A DNA stretch of 64,000 nt, taken from assembly GCA_973895155.1 (NCBI GenBank), contig OZ316898.1, positions 1,773,927-1,837,926 on the forward strand. The letters are read 5' to 3'. Under the pieces are notes generated by a model that was given only the letters and a program-made list of their open reading frames with translations, was not told the origin of the DNA and made no database searches. A program made the position numbers and the translations under genes. Shown here in pieces: positions 35,910 to 50,560 of this stretch. Each line of letters starts with the position of its first letter. Within the stretch, counting starts at the first letter, position 1. This DNA comes from Marsupella aquatica (lineage: Eukaryota; Plantae; Marchantiophyta).

Positions 35910-38900
35910 GCAATCGACGATGAATCTTCTCCGGAGAAGCCGTGGGACCACAGCCATTATTCAGTTGTCTTCTAATCAGGCTGCCGTGTCCTCTCCACAT
36001 TTGAGTGTGAGCATCAGCACGACCGATTAAATTACCAGAACAAGAATTTCCTGATGTTTAGCCTTTCAGGCTCATACTAAAGCAGTAAATTTAATGTAGA
36101 AAAGAAAGAAAAACTTTCAGAGTACGTACTTCAAAAACTTCAGTTACGGAATAAGGCGTACCCTAACTCCAAATGCATGCTCATCCTTGGGACATAAACA
36201 AAAATGCCATTGAGTTTGACATTTTGATTTGCGCGATTGGCAGTCTCCGCAGGTACTCAATTTCTCTTCGGAACTGAAAGGTGCAGACGTATGGGATTCC
36301 CGAGTTCTTGTTTGGAGAGCCGACGTCGCAGATGTTTTCGAGCTGACATCATTAGGCAAGCACACCCAACCTGCATGTTTACTTTGTTTCTTTCATGGTC
36401 CATTTCCCTTTTGCGCAATCTATCACTGACAGAAGCAAGCGTAACGTAAAGTTCTTTCCAGCTTTACAGAGTTGATCTAATGTCTAAGGTATGCTTGGCG
36501 TGTCCAGATACTTACCCTAATATATAGCCCGTAATGTGACACTGAATCAAACTCCCTAGCATGTAACTTTGATCAAACGAATTGTGAGGGCCTCAGCCCT
36601 CCCAAGGTACTCCTATTCTAAGTCCGTTGAAAACAGGGAAATGAACTCCGTCTAGAAAAGAAAAAGAGTCTGTCCTGTATGGATCTTGAAAACTCTCCAG
36701 ACATACGGCTCCCAGATTCTACCGAGCTCTAAAGAATGATGCACGAGCGTTGCAGGGGCCGAGCATGTCGCTGATTTCCAAGTGACTGAAGGGGTAATGT
36801 TGGCAATTCATCGTGACTCCGTATTTCAAACAGAAGATACGTGTGTAAAGGTTTTGGATTTCCAGGTACCAGCTAAAATCTCGTACAGCACCTACTAAGG
36901 ACTGTAAAACAAACTAAGAACCCGGTGTACTAGATACCTTATGAATTTATAGAATCGTAAGATTCAGGACTTAAGTAAGATCCATTCCATGCAGTTTTAT
37001 AGTTCCAGAGTAGCGCTTATCTGCCAGAAACCTATGAAGAACGCATTTGTCTAGAATGTGAGATTTATAGACTAACCTTTAAAACCGTGCATCATACCCC
37101 GTTCAGCTCATTTCTATATTGCCTGATTGGGTCCATATCTAGGTTGAGATTAATTCATTGATTTCTTTGTAAGTTTTCGTGCACAGGGCAATAACACACA
37201 AGTTAAAGCTCTAAGGTCTCGTTAGCTTGATGCAAAAGATCCCGCGTTATTTACAATCAACTTTCTGAAAATGTAACTGAATTGTTTTTGGCAAGCTTTC
37301 TTTTCCTAAGTAGCATTGACGATCGTTTACTGATCCGTGGTGGGGTTTGAAAAGGGTTCACTGAAGCAGTTGTTGCAGCTCCATGAATTCCATGGCAAGG
37401 CTGTGTGCTTGGATGTCAGCCAGGAATTTCTGGTTCTAGTAAGCGAGTCCCTCCTACTTCTCAAATTGGATTTTCGAAGTCCGTCCAATTCTTGAGTCGG
37501 GGCTTGACTTATGTCGTAATTTGCTGTCTGAACTATGCTCAGCTGGAATCCAGTGTCTAGAGGGACTCAAAATGTGGTCTACGAATGTCAGACTTCTTAA
37601 AGGACATCCATAAAGGTCTCACCAAATGTGTTGCACAGGCTACAGCGAATTGTTATATTTGCATATGGCGGATTGATCGTGCAGACGTTGAACCCTACGG
37701 TCTAACTTCTGGCCGTAAGGTGAGCTCTCCATTGCCCAAAATCTGCAGTTCTTCAGCTGCAATGATCGATTTCTTGGCGGGAGATTCACAAAAGAGTACT
37801 TGCATCCAATGCACTCGATTGACCTTGTTGATGTCTCTGCCCTGGACAGTGCAGTTTGCCAGCAGTGTGGCAACCTAGTCTCTTGCTGTTGGAAAACTCG
37901 ATGTCTGATGTCTGGCTTGTCTTTTAGGTGGTACCTGATGGTGAGGGAGGAGGAGAGATGACCTCCATCAGGTGCAACTCTGATTGCAGTAAAGTCAGTT
38001 TCCAGATCAAATGCATGTCTCGCCCGGAGAACGAGTTTAACATCTGTGTCTATGATACTGTTATCGACAAAATTTTCTCCTATGACTTCAGGTATGTCTT
38101 TCTCGTGTGTTTTTGTCATGACATACCTGGGTAGCCGTAGCTGTTCAATTCCATCTGAGACAAGAGCAGTCTTTTCAGTATGATCAAATTGAGAGACGAG
38201 AAACCTGTTTTTAAGTTAATTGGGATGCTGTTCCCTTTAATTTCAGCCAAAAAGAAATACTGCTTGGGACTGGACACTGACAATTCTTTGGCCAACAGAT
38301 CAATTGGTCAAGAATTACTCTCACACTGTTGGGATGGAATGGAACCAAGAATCCTGGCGTGCGAAACTGTTAACGTGAGTGAGCGTATCCGTGTAACCTC
38401 TTTACGATATTATTACTCTGACGCTTCAATTCACAACTGAGATACAAATTCAAACTGCTAGCTGGTCTCGTTGTTTCTTCAGCTTTCAATTGAGTGCGCA
38501 TGCGTGCCCGAAAGTTTATGAAAACTATGCATTAAATGATAGACTGGAGCTGGCATCTTAATAAGCTTATGACACTGTTTGTCCCTACATGCTACGATAT
38601 CAATTAACGTATTTGGAACAGGTTGAGGAAGATAATGTGCTGCAGCAGACGTCACCAGCAATACAATCTACCACATTTTTTGTCTCTTCGGAGAACGGAA
38701 TTCTGAAGCTGGAGCATGTGAGTTACTCAAACCCGTGTGTGCATTCCAACTGGAGGACAGAATGGTCCTCTACATTGCTATCAGGTTTCACTCAGCCCGT
38801 GATGTGCACCTACTTATTTTAAATTGTATCTCAATTTCCAAGTGTTCTATCAGGTCGATGAATTTCATTCTGTGGTAATCTATGTATCATCTATATGTAG

Positions 38901-41900
38901 CAAAGACAGGAGACTCTGAGTGTTTTCTTAGACTGGCATATGAATTATGTCCCAGGTGGATCTTGACTCGAAGTCAGTACTTCTTGGTGTGGACACTCCC
39001 TTCATCCATCTCCTCGTGGCTCAAAATCCTGAGAGGGACGTTGTTTCTTTCGTCATCCAGAATAGAACAATGAGAGATTTTGTGGGCCTGGTATGCTCAT
39101 TGTATACCTGCCTTGTCCTCTGTTGTTTGTTGGTTATGCATTGTAATGATGATATCTAATAGTACGTTACTATTCATTGGTAAGGCTTACCTTCCAACAT
39201 CATCAAGTTACTCTTCTCTTTCTCTGTTTTCTAATTTAGAAGCATTCGTCCATTGCTGTTCCCAGGCCTCATCGGATCCCGGTTCACCTTTCAGTCATCT
39301 GGTCATTCATTTGTTCGCCGACTAGGTTTTTCTTTATTCACTCATTCGCTCACGCCCTTCATACTGCTCATCTGACGTGAAATGTTCAACGTTGAGCTGC
39401 TCCTCAGAATGCCTCTTGAAGTTTTGATGACTTAGCAACCATAGCAGGATTGTAAAATCCATCAGATACCAATAGTTTATGAGATTTATTCTACAGGCTT
39501 CCTGCTAGCGTCTGGAATTAGAGTGTTTGCACATAACTATGACGTCATTAAATAAGTCGAAATTTACATGTTTTAGTTGCAATTGCTCCAATAGGAGGAT
39601 GTTGACGTGAGAACAATGGCCGCACTGGTGGAGTTCAACTACAGTCTAGCCACAGGGAACGTGAACGATGCATACAAAGCTGTAGATCACATTACAGACA
39701 AGCGAATCTGGCGGAGCATAGCTTCAATCTGTGTTAAAACTAAGCGAGTTGAAGTTGCTCTTCACTGCTTTGCGAAAATTGGCTGGTCCTCAGCATCCGC
39801 ATTTATCCGTGCTTCTTACAACGAACCAGTTAATTACTCACTGCCTTGCTCCGAACTGGGAAACTACATTTGATCTTCAAAACTAGAGATACTTTGTTGA
39901 GTAAGCTGTTTGATTAATCCTGGACATTTCGAGCCGTTGAGGATTTTAATGCATCCGTAAGTCAGATAGTGGACAGTGCAGAGTGGAGCGCTTATATCAG
40001 TAACCACTCCTCTTTTATCCGACCGATTGTGTGTTTAGGAAGAGGAGACGGGGGTTGCTGCTGTTGCTATTCAGTTGGGCCTTATCCATGAAGCGCAGGA
40101 TATTTACATTGAGTGCAAGCGTTACGACCTCCTGAACCAACTCTATCAGGTTCGTTCATCGTGGCTCTCTCAGGACAGAGGAGGAAACGGCTAAAGGTAG
40201 CTGGCTGTAATTTGCAATATGTTGGACATCTATGTTACTGTAAAGATTAGTTTTGAGAGTCGTCTGGAATGAGAATAGATTGTTCCTGCACTTCGCTCGG
40301 TGACAATGAAGGGTCCGCTAGACTATATTGAAAAGCCTCCTAAGCAGGAAGCCTAGTTTGTGGTTATCGTTCTTCTGTTGTAGTTTTGGTTTGAAATAGC
40401 ATAGATCGCCACAGATTCAATACTAACACTAATTGGTCATTAACATGTATTTGAAGGTTAGGTTGTCTTAAATCTGCAAATCGATCTCCTGAACGAATTG
40501 GATCAATTGATATTTTCCAGACATGTGGAAATTGGGAGAAGGCAATAGAGGTGGCCTCAAAACACGATCATGTGCACCTCAAGCAAACCCTACACGCGCA
40601 CGCTAAGCATCTGGAGTCTGCCGGCAGGCTGAAAGAAGCAATTCATCACTTTGAACTTTCTGGCACCCACAGGTTGAGTCCTTTTCTATAAAAACTAGGT
40701 AACTTGAAACCTTCCATATTGCTTAAATGGCCACAGCATGCAGATAAAAACTGGTTGAAATACTTGAAAATCTTGCATGATGTTTGTCTTAAAGATACGA
40801 GGAATCCGTGGCAAACGACGGTAATAATGAAGTTATTCTTTTCGAAGGGATCAGACAATGTCAGTTCCAGGGCTACACGTGACTATTGAAATTGTGCATA
40901 CGGACCTAGCTAGACGAGCATACCCCAGTTTTGTAGCAAGTATTACTCGCAGGTATAATTTCATGAGAGTGACGAAGAAGAACATTGCCTCTCAAGAGTT
41001 CATACCTCTCTAGGTTTTTTACTCTGAATATGATTCTAGCTTATATTATCTTGCCCTAAGACAGGTGTGAAGTTCCTCGTATGCTTTACTCAGCTCAGCA
41101 GATTGAGGAGCTTCAAAATTATGTCGATAAAAGTGGGGATCCTGCCTTGGAGAGGTGGTGGGGACATTTTTGTGAAGCAAATGACCTCCTCCCTCAGGCC
41201 ATTGAATACTACACAGCTGTAAGTAACTTATGTCCACACTGAGCATCCGCGTGTCTATTCTACGATGCAAAAACAGTATCAGTTCTATTTGCAAAGTTCT
41301 CATAGTAAATGTGAGCTGATGGTACATATGGTGGGTACATAATTTTTAATTAGTGAACAGTGATGATCTTGTACTGATCTTGATTAGATGGACGGATATT
41401 ATTCATTCACAAGCTGCGATGGACTCTTCAGGCACGAGATATCTCATCTCTGGTCCGTGTTTACTGCTTCCGGAAGGATTTCTCCATGGCAGCTTCTCTT
41501 GCCCTTGAAAGTTCAGATGGTGCTGCAGCGTTTGAATTAGCTCGGCAGGTATGTAACTCTGACATGGAATAATGTTGTTCTAAACTGTCTGATAAGTGGG
41601 ACCTTAGTGTGGATTTTTATAAACGTTGAATTGAAGCAAACCTAAAGTTCTAAAATAAAAAGAAACTCACAGATTCAAAAATACTCATTTACGTCAAGTC
41701 TAAATTTCTTTTCATTTTTTATTTCTGCATAAGAATTGAGCCAATGCAATATATTCCTCCTTTCCCCCTCTCTTGCTCAATAGCTATGAATAACAGACAC
41801 TAGCACGTTATGTCAAGGGAGAGCATACAAGGCAAGTCAGACTATAAAGTTGGAACAGCAGTGTTTCTAAAATATTCTTTCCCATGTGAAACTGCCTAGA

Positions 41901-44900
41901 TTAGCTTGCCATGGTTCTACACATTGTTTTCAAGGTTAACGATGATCTGAAAGGATACTTCCGCAGAACTCTGTTGGTAAGTTCTTTGTGTCTGATATGC
42001 TTGTAGTTCTTTAAAACGGCACAGCTCACAAGTGCTTCATATTTGGTGTTAAGTACGAAAAATCAGGAAACATTCGCCAGGCCATCAAGTTGTTCTCTAA
42101 AGCAGGGAAGCCAAACTACGCTGCTGGTCTCGCCCTGAAACATCACATAGACAATGAACTACTGGCACTGGCTCTCCAAGTAAGTCTCCCCGCACGACTG
42201 CTACATTGACATTTGCTGCACGATCACAGACACTGGAATTGTCATAAACTCAACTGCAATTCATAATGCAATCTAGTCAAACAGACTGACCTGTTAAATT
42301 TTTAAATGAATGTCAAACGGACTATATAAAGAGTACGAAGGAGATGATGCTGCTGGCGGCAAAGTACTACGAGGAGAAAGACAAAAACGAGGAAGCGGCT
42401 TTGCTCTATCACAAGGTACTCAATTGCTGAGTATTATTGCTCAAATAAGTTGGCCTTACTGGAATTCAGATCGAGTTTTAGCTCAGGTCCTTTGGGAATT
42501 AGCAACTCATGCTGAACGAGCTTCAAGTGCAACTTTTTAATGGTCAAGTCTCTAATTGATATTCAGGGAGGCGATCTGGAGAAAGCAATCAACGTCTGCT
42601 TACGTGCCCAATTATATGATGCCCTCAAGGCAACTGCTGAAGATCTGAAAGAAGATTCCGATCCAGTTATACTCGCAAAGTAAGATTTGTAACAAATCCA
42701 CGGGCAAAAATGCAAACCCCCTCCTTTGATGCTCTAGAAGTTATGAAGCATAGGTCCGAGTTTAGTTTATGAGGTTGGTTACTAGTTCTCAAATGGGAAG
42801 GATTTGACTCTGTTCAAAGCTTCGGATACTTGAATTGTTAAACTAGCACAGAAGAGACTCAAGTGACTGGCATAAAAAGTTTTAAGTCATGAATGTGTAA
42901 TCGTTGATTCGCCCAACGGATGGCAGGTGTGGGGATTTCCTCTTGCAACAGAAGCAGGCTGAGAAAGCAGTCCATATTTACATTGCTGCGAAACAATTCA
43001 ACACAGCTCTTGACTTGGTGAGTCACTAGAGCATGATGTCCTTACCTCCGAAGTGACGTAAGCATCGACATGTCATTTCCAGATAATTGATAATCAGCAA
43101 ATTCACTTGACACGCTCGGTACAGTTCAGAATGCTGCCTTGCAATGCTGGCACCGATTTTTGTGTATACCGACTTACGCCTTACATGGCTACTCGATAAC
43201 AATAATGGTGATGATGAAAGAACTGGAAGCGGCTTTTGAGCACGAAAGGGTGCATTAAGCTGCTCTCAAAATTCCCAGTGCATACATCAGACAGATGTTT
43301 TCGAAATAAAGATATCTATCGGAAGAGAAATTCATTCTTGAACCTGTGCTCTAACCTGGAGCAAAAATACAGCAGGTTTCTACAACCTGTGATGTTAATG
43401 AATGGCTTGGAAACATCAAAATGACGTCCAAGAAGTGCTGAAGTACTGTTTCAAATAGTTGTTGAGTAGTGAGCTAAATACTCAGATTCATTGCAGTGTG
43501 TGAGTGAAGAAGTAATTTTGACAGATAAAATGGCCGACGCAATGGCACCTAAACCCGAAGAGCAAAAGACACAGCAAGCTATAACACTGCTCCATAAAGT
43601 GGCTGAAGTGTTCAACAAACAAGGATCGTACCATCTTGCTTGCAAGAAATTCACACAAGCTGGCAACAGAGTGTCAGCTATGAAGGTCTATCCACCTCTG
43701 ATAGTCTCCTGTACTCAGATTCCATTCAAGATGAAATGATGCAATTCCAAGACTCTGGAAAATATTGGTTTAAGGACATTCATACTTGCAACATTATTTT
43801 TATCGTAAGACTCAAAGACGTTTTTTGGCCCGCACGCAACAATTGCTGGAGTTTAGTTACCCAAGGATCTAAAGCATAATCACACTTTGAGGATGACCCG
43901 GCCAAAACACAATATTTCTGACGTTGGTTCTGACTAAAATCAACGCCCGTGTTCAGGCCTTGCTCAAGTCAGGGGATACGGAACGGATCATCTTTTTTGC
44001 CAATCTCTCCAGGTGAGCTATAATCCAGCACTGGAACGAGATTATAGAAGACGCATCCACTTACATGTCATAAACTCTGGCTAAATTTCTATTACTCACC
44101 CAATGGGTCACGCATCCAGGCAGAATCAAATATATATCATGGCAGCAAACTACTTGCAAAGTCTCGACTGGTGTCATGATGCCCAGATTATGAAGACGAT
44201 CATTCAGGTCTAGCAGAGACTTTGCTACCTCTAGCATTGATTAGGTAGTAATCAATGAAATAATTTGTGTACACTGGAAAGTGGAAAAAAGGGAAGGGAT
44301 CAGTCAGAAAATGAATTCGTCATACTATAAATCATACTTCTCAGTTTCACTCAAAATCGTGGCCAAATGATTAGTTTTGCACGACAGTTAATGAGGAATT
44401 GTTTCCCAACTGTGAAAGTTTATGAATTCTCATGCAGATGTTTACGAAAGCTGGTGAGATGGAGTCTTTGGCATCATTTTACGAAGCGTGCGCGCAAATT
44501 GAGATTGGCGAGTTTAGAGACTATGAGAAGGTTATCTGCTAATCAATTAGATCAACAATTCTGCAGCAAACAAGGGTTACAAGAAGCTTGAAATTCGATT
44601 ATTTTCTTCTATTCACAAAATTTGAGAATCCTTGGCCTAAACAATAAGGGGTATTCTCATCAGCATTTTAGAACAACTGTCACTACAGTTGTCTAACTCC
44701 TCTGGCTTAATTTCTGCCTTTACACTTTCTATGCCCTGCGCCTTGTGATCCCAAAACTTCGGGGTAATTTAGAATCATAACAACCCGTCCCAACCACAGC
44801 ACACTGTTTCTTGTCCAGGCATTGGGAGCAATGAAAGAAGCCTTGAAGAGCCTTTCCAAGCCAGCAGCCGCCAAACAAATGGACAACAAAATCCAGTCCC

Positions 44901-46832
44901 TGGTGAAACGCATTTCTGAGGTTGAGCGATTTGTGCAGGTAATATACAGACTCAAACCTCCGAAGTGTTTCAGACCAGCTTGTCGAGTAACCAAAATATT
45001 TTAGTCGTGTGCAACATAACCTAAAGCGCGCCCATGGCGGGTACTGATATATGCTCTGAAAACCTACTTTCCCTGCCAAGCTCTATAGAGTACCCGACTC
45101 CTAAGGTGCCATACACAGATTTAGCAAAAGCTACTGGGTCTCTGAAACCGCCCTGCGGTGGGTGAAATGCATTCCTCTAGTTGCTCACTTGAGCGGCAAC
45201 CCATGATAGTTTTCGGAATGCAAGGAGTTGAGTTCCAACATGCAAGGGATTTGGCAGAAATACCACAAAATCTAGCCAAATTCGCAGTAACAAATATATC
45301 TCCAGAAACTGGATATTTTCTCTACTTCAGCGTCGGGACAAGCTACAACTTCCAGTTGACTGTATCTAAATCCGTAGAATTGTGTTGGCAAGGCTCGGAG
45401 GATGGCAAAAGACAACGCAGAAGCTATGGTTCGTTTGTGTAGTGAACTCCTCGTTGAGATATCACCCTCCGCCAACACCGTTGAGGTAAACATATTGTCC
45501 GAATTGGTCATTTGAGAAATATGAATTTCCCAATGGTTGATAGTTACTGCATTTAATTCCGTCGTTGTCAGAGATCTTAAGACAAGCGAGCTCAATTTCT
45601 TATTTATGTACTGCTACCGATATGGACAACATTATGACCCCGTACTCAGGAATTAGTAAAGAGAAATTTTCTTCGGTGTGGTACTAGCATGCGGTGCATT
45701 TCAGTCGATGAGAATGCATCCAATCTTATCTCTATGGGAAAGTCGTATTTTTTTGTCCAAATAGATCCTTCATTTCTCAGACCTACCAAGTTTGAGAAGG
45801 ATCAGAATCTTGTTCTCATTTAGATTGTCAGCAGTCTTGTAGCGCTATATAACTAACATGAAGTCGTTGCATGCACACAGTCTGCAGTACAGATAGGGGA
45901 CCTATATGCCTTGATGATTGAGTTCTACCACAGCCAAGGAAGCATGGAGCAGGTAAGGGACAGATCCACCTCATCCAGCCACATTCTTTTCTCCAAAAGC
46001 CCTAACTACCATTCATAACCAGCTCAAAGGTGCACCTACAAACTATGCGTGTTAACAAATAAATTCAGAACAAAGCAGCAATCAAAGAATGAGTTCTATA
46101 GATTCCAAATTTCTATCTGGGACAAAGAACGACATACAGCTGATCACTAGGTTGTGATAAAATGAAAAACATGACAGGCATACGAGTTGATAGAGAAGAT
46201 GCTAGCCCGCAATCTTCCATTGGGTCCTTACGTTGATCTGACGGTGGTGCAAAAGATCTATCAGGTTAAGTAATTTTACTCGTCCTTTCGATAAATATAT
46301 ATAGAATTGAGTTTCGTTAAATTAAATTAACTTAAATTGAATTAAACTGAATTGAATTGAATTGAATTAATCTGCATTACGTAGAAATGAATCGAAAGTC
46401 CTTAGCCCCAAAATCGCAAGGAATGGAAAGTTTTGAGACGGAGTTGCAGATAAGTTTCACTCAGTTCAATTTACAGCCTCGTCTTTCCGGACCCCGTGGA
46501 AATTACTCACGTGAATTGAAGACACCCGATCTGGCTTCTTCTGTGGAGGATGTAGAAGCAGCTGCGCAACAGACCACCTTATAGCTGCAACATGTCCGAA
46601 AGATTTGGGGCAAGGAATGTAGTGAAGTAATGCCACCTTATGAGACATCTAAGGCTACCAACTCTCCAAGGCATCCTAGGCACAGAAACGATAAGGGTCA
46701 GCCACCCGAGCCTAAAGTGAGCCGTACTCATAAGCTGTCTTCCAAAGAGTGCAGGCAATTGGAATAGAAGTAAGCGAGGAGGTGATGAAGGAGTGCGGAG
46801 ATGGCACTTGTGAAGAAATCAACGTAAAGTAA
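35910..46832 (+). CDS. IFT140: Intraflagellar transport protein 140 (IFT-A complex), more than 20 exons; 5' end uncertain
   Basis: Exon translations follow IFT140 in order: [139 protein letters not shown]. Last exon 46755-46832 ends in TAA. Confidence 0.92.
46318..46370. repeat. (AATTG/AATTA)n microsatellite in the last IFT140 intron
   Basis: TAAATTAAATTAACTTAAATTGAATTAAACTGAATTGAATTGAATTGAATT. Confidence 0.7.
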
Positions 46833-47368
46833 CTACCCACTCCGCTTAGACATATTGAACAGTAGCATTAGTTTCAGAATGTCTCAAAAGCGAAAGTTTC
46901 AAAAGTTTGTACATAAAGTACATTCACATAAGACAAGGGAAGTCCCACAAATCACATCCACAGCGAGAAAGGGCATGTACGACATTGATGGCAAAGTAGA
47001 CGAAATTGAGAGATGACATCGCAGATTTAAGTCTTTCTAATCTGCAATCTGCGAACCTAAAATGAATGCAAAAATACCATTGAAGTCAGAACCGTCCACA
47101 ATACTTCAGTATTTTCGGGAAAACCGTCAATAGTCTTGGATACTTTCAGCCATTGATTAGTGACACAGTCCAATTCCACAACTTGAAGTATGCCAATACA
47201 TGATGAAAAAAAAATTAACAGATCAATTTTGTAGTGAACTTGAAAGGAAACACTTGCCCATTGAGAGTATCCTGTGCCAATACTTCGTTATCTCGCATGT
47301 CAGTCAGAATCCATCTTGTGAAATAGGACCACAATTTCGACAAACATTCTGCAAGGGTCATTTATCAT

Positions 47369-50300
47369 TTACAACAAATCATATACATAATCTTCCTCTA
47401 ACATAAGATTCTGCGTAGAACCTTGCATAGGCACAGGCACATCTGTGGAATAGATGGGCGGACTTGATCGCATCAATCTCAGTATCCCCAATCGTTTAAG
47501 TGTAATGTACGTACAGACTGAAAGAAAGAAAAACGTTCCCACAACAAGTATCACCCTGCAAACCCACACAATAGAAGAGACTTAGTGCCAAGCTACGGAG
47601 GCATCCAATTCTGGTTTGAACGACGATGGCGGGCAAACAAATAGAAAGAAAATATGCAGGAAACAAAGAAATATGCTGTGAGTCAAGGACAGGTCAGCCA
47701 CCTATCAATTATGTCTGATCGGGTCATTGAAGTAAGCAAGTGTCTAGTCCTGCTCAGCAGGGACCGTTGGCCTTCATACTCATCGTTGGCCCTTCGCAAG
47801 CTGACATTCGAGTCATCTGTTGGTCAAAGAGGGTTCAAATAATAAGAATAGAGCTTAAGAAGAACTCACTGGCATTCAGGAGAAGGCACTTTGAAGCTGA
47901 TCTAGATATTGTATAAGAATAATGCTCCTCTATTCATTAGTCCAACAGATGACACGGAACCTGAAAAACTCGATTTATCCTCGACAGTAGGCCCTTGCAG
48001 GACATCCTACCCTTTCCTCAAGTATAATTTGAGTCACTTGCAGCAAGATGTTGAATGAAGGAACTAAACTCCTGATTTCATCCTAAGCGCATTTAGTGAA
48101 AGACATAGAAACATTGCGCATTGCCTGAGTTGCAAGTGTTCCAATGTTTTTTGCAGAACACTCACAATCAATCCTGTGGGCAACATCAATAGTGGACAAC
48201 AAAGAAGAATGGAAACAGCCGCCCTACGTGATATGGCAAGTCCTCCTGACAACTCTTTCAGCACCTAGTTTGTCAAGTGACCTGCTGCTGCCACTAATCC
48301 TCATCCTTTCAGACACAGCTGGTTAAGAACAGGATTTACCAAGAGACTGGATAGTAGTGATCCCCCTTTCGACTTCCTGCAATATAATTCGTACCAGTAA
48401 CCCATTAGTCATTCGTGACAGCTATGCCATTTTAAGGGAAGTCTTAAGAGCTCAAACTAGAATTACCTTCGTTTATCATGTTAATTGAAACACAGGCACA
48501 CCTGACCCATGGGAGTGAGTGTTGCAGCATGAAAGGAGATCAATTTGTATCACAAACGACAGTCCTCAACTTGTTGCTTGCAACCTTGTAAATCACAAGT
48601 CCAGGGCAGTGGGGACAACCTGGACCATCAGCTGACGAGTACGACGAAGGCCATCTGTGATGCTCTCTGCCGCTCCTACCATGCCAGCTTGTGTCCTTCC
48701 ACGCCAACACAATTAAAACCATGAGGGTGGCGTAGGATGGCATAAGCTAAGAGAAGCTAGAATAAACATTGAACAGTATCTTCGGGACAACACGAAACAA
48801 CCGGTTGCCACCCGACTGAGTGCATCCATAGGTGCCCATCTTTACTCTAGTGGAAGGAATACAGAACAGATCAAAAGGAAAGATATAGATCCATAAACAC
48901 AATGAACATTATTCATCCAGCACACGACAAGCAATAAGATCATACTGCAAATTTCTTCGCCGTATGGTTGCCTCTTCTCCTCCCCCAAGCAACAGTTCTC
49001 TCTGCAATTTCCAAAAAAAGCAATGGCATTGATGTTTTGCTATGACAAGTTTCAAATTATAAATGGCGTACTCCACTATCGTGTGGCCACAATCTATAAT
49101 TGTTGTACCATTTTTACAATTGTTGTTGGAAAGTACATCGTCAGGTGTCGGCCAATCATCAACATAATGACATAAACGAGGGAAGAAATAAATGACATCA
49201 TAACCTTGTATTCCTTCAAGATCCTACCGACGTTCAAGATAAGTCCTTAACCAAGAACATACACCCCTTCTGATTCTGAAGTAGACCAATGATACCATAC
49301 CAGCATAGAGTCTAACAAGCTACGCGGGAGCATTCACTGCCATGGAGCAAGAACCTTGCACTCGGAAAAATAAGAGAAAAGAAGTAGAAGAAAGAGTTGT
49401 CAGACGGGCAAGGCAAAGCAAAACCCTCAGGAGGATAGTTGGCTTACTTCTTCCTTGGCAGCTTTTTCCATGTTGGACTTTGCCTTAATGTTGGCACTTC
49501 TAGCATTCATGCGCAGGCTGAACCCAGAGAACGACAGAAGCATATGTATTAGCATATGCCCTTGCTGAGCGTGCTTCTGATGCCCAGAACAGAAAGATTT
49601 AGTGAAATCACGATGATTATACCAAGGGCAATATGGCCCTACAAGGAGAATCAGTAAAGAGGAAAAAGTCCCAGAGATGATATCCACAAGTAGGACAAGG
49701 ATTCCATACAGTGCTCCAAAGGGAAAGGAATGGACATGATTCACTTACGCCTTATATTGGTCCTTCCATTGCTGCACCGTCTTAAGACAGGCCTCAGTTT
49801 CGTCTTCACTGCACCAGCAAGTGAAACACACGACCACAAGTAAGCGATAGTATCCTGCGTAGCATAGAGCATTTAGCAATAAACCTACTCATTAGTGAGG
49901 GCGAAAAATTTGACTATTGGAGCATTTCTTATCCGGGCCACCATTCTTCTGCCGGAAATGGAGGGGATAAATTGGACCGGGCCCTAAAAACACCAAGAAA
50001 GAGAAAAATCTTTGATTCGTGATAAGAGGAGGTACTGAGGAGAGATTACCCCTGAAAAATATTCCACCATTAACCAAGCCAAACCCGTACACCAAAGCTT
50101 TAAAAATTTAACTCGAAATTTGTCATGAACTGAATGAATCGAGTGGGATTAGAAGACTGTAGAAAGGTCAGTAGACTATAAAAGAAAGAGATGGAGCCAA
50201 CAGACAAGAAGCTCTCGTAGTTTGGCAAATGCAACAGAAAGGCTTGTAGATTTAGGGCCATCTGTGTCTCCAACATAGAAGGAAGGGAAGAACTGATACA

Positions 50301-50560
50301 TAACACAGATCGCGAATCCAGAGAGCGGCAATTGTTCACCTGGGGAGCTGTTGAGCTAGAAACTCGAACCGAACAATGAGGGACTGCATGGCCGAGAGAC
50401 GGTCCTGTACAGCAGCATTCAGCCTGGGCAAGGCAGCTTTATCTCGTCTCCCCGGAGACCCACACGCTTCCAATGCCTTCATCTTCTCGCTCAAGGCTAC
50501 GATCGCATTCTCCCACTCCTTCTGCACGAGCTTGGCGGCCGCCTCCACATCCTCATCCAT
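47369..50560 (-). CDS. SEC20: SEC20/BNIP1 Qb-SNARE (Golgi-to-ER retrograde traffic), ~8 exons
   Basis: MDEDVEAAAKLVQKEWE..LPRLN; WKDQYK; LRMNARSANIKAKSNMEKAAKEE; RELLLGGGEEATIRRRNLQ; AAESITDGLRRTRQLMVQ; EVERG; EYEGQRSLLSRTRHLL..DIIDR; C-terminal TM VILVVGTFFFLSVCTYITLKRLGIL. Confidence 0.92.
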
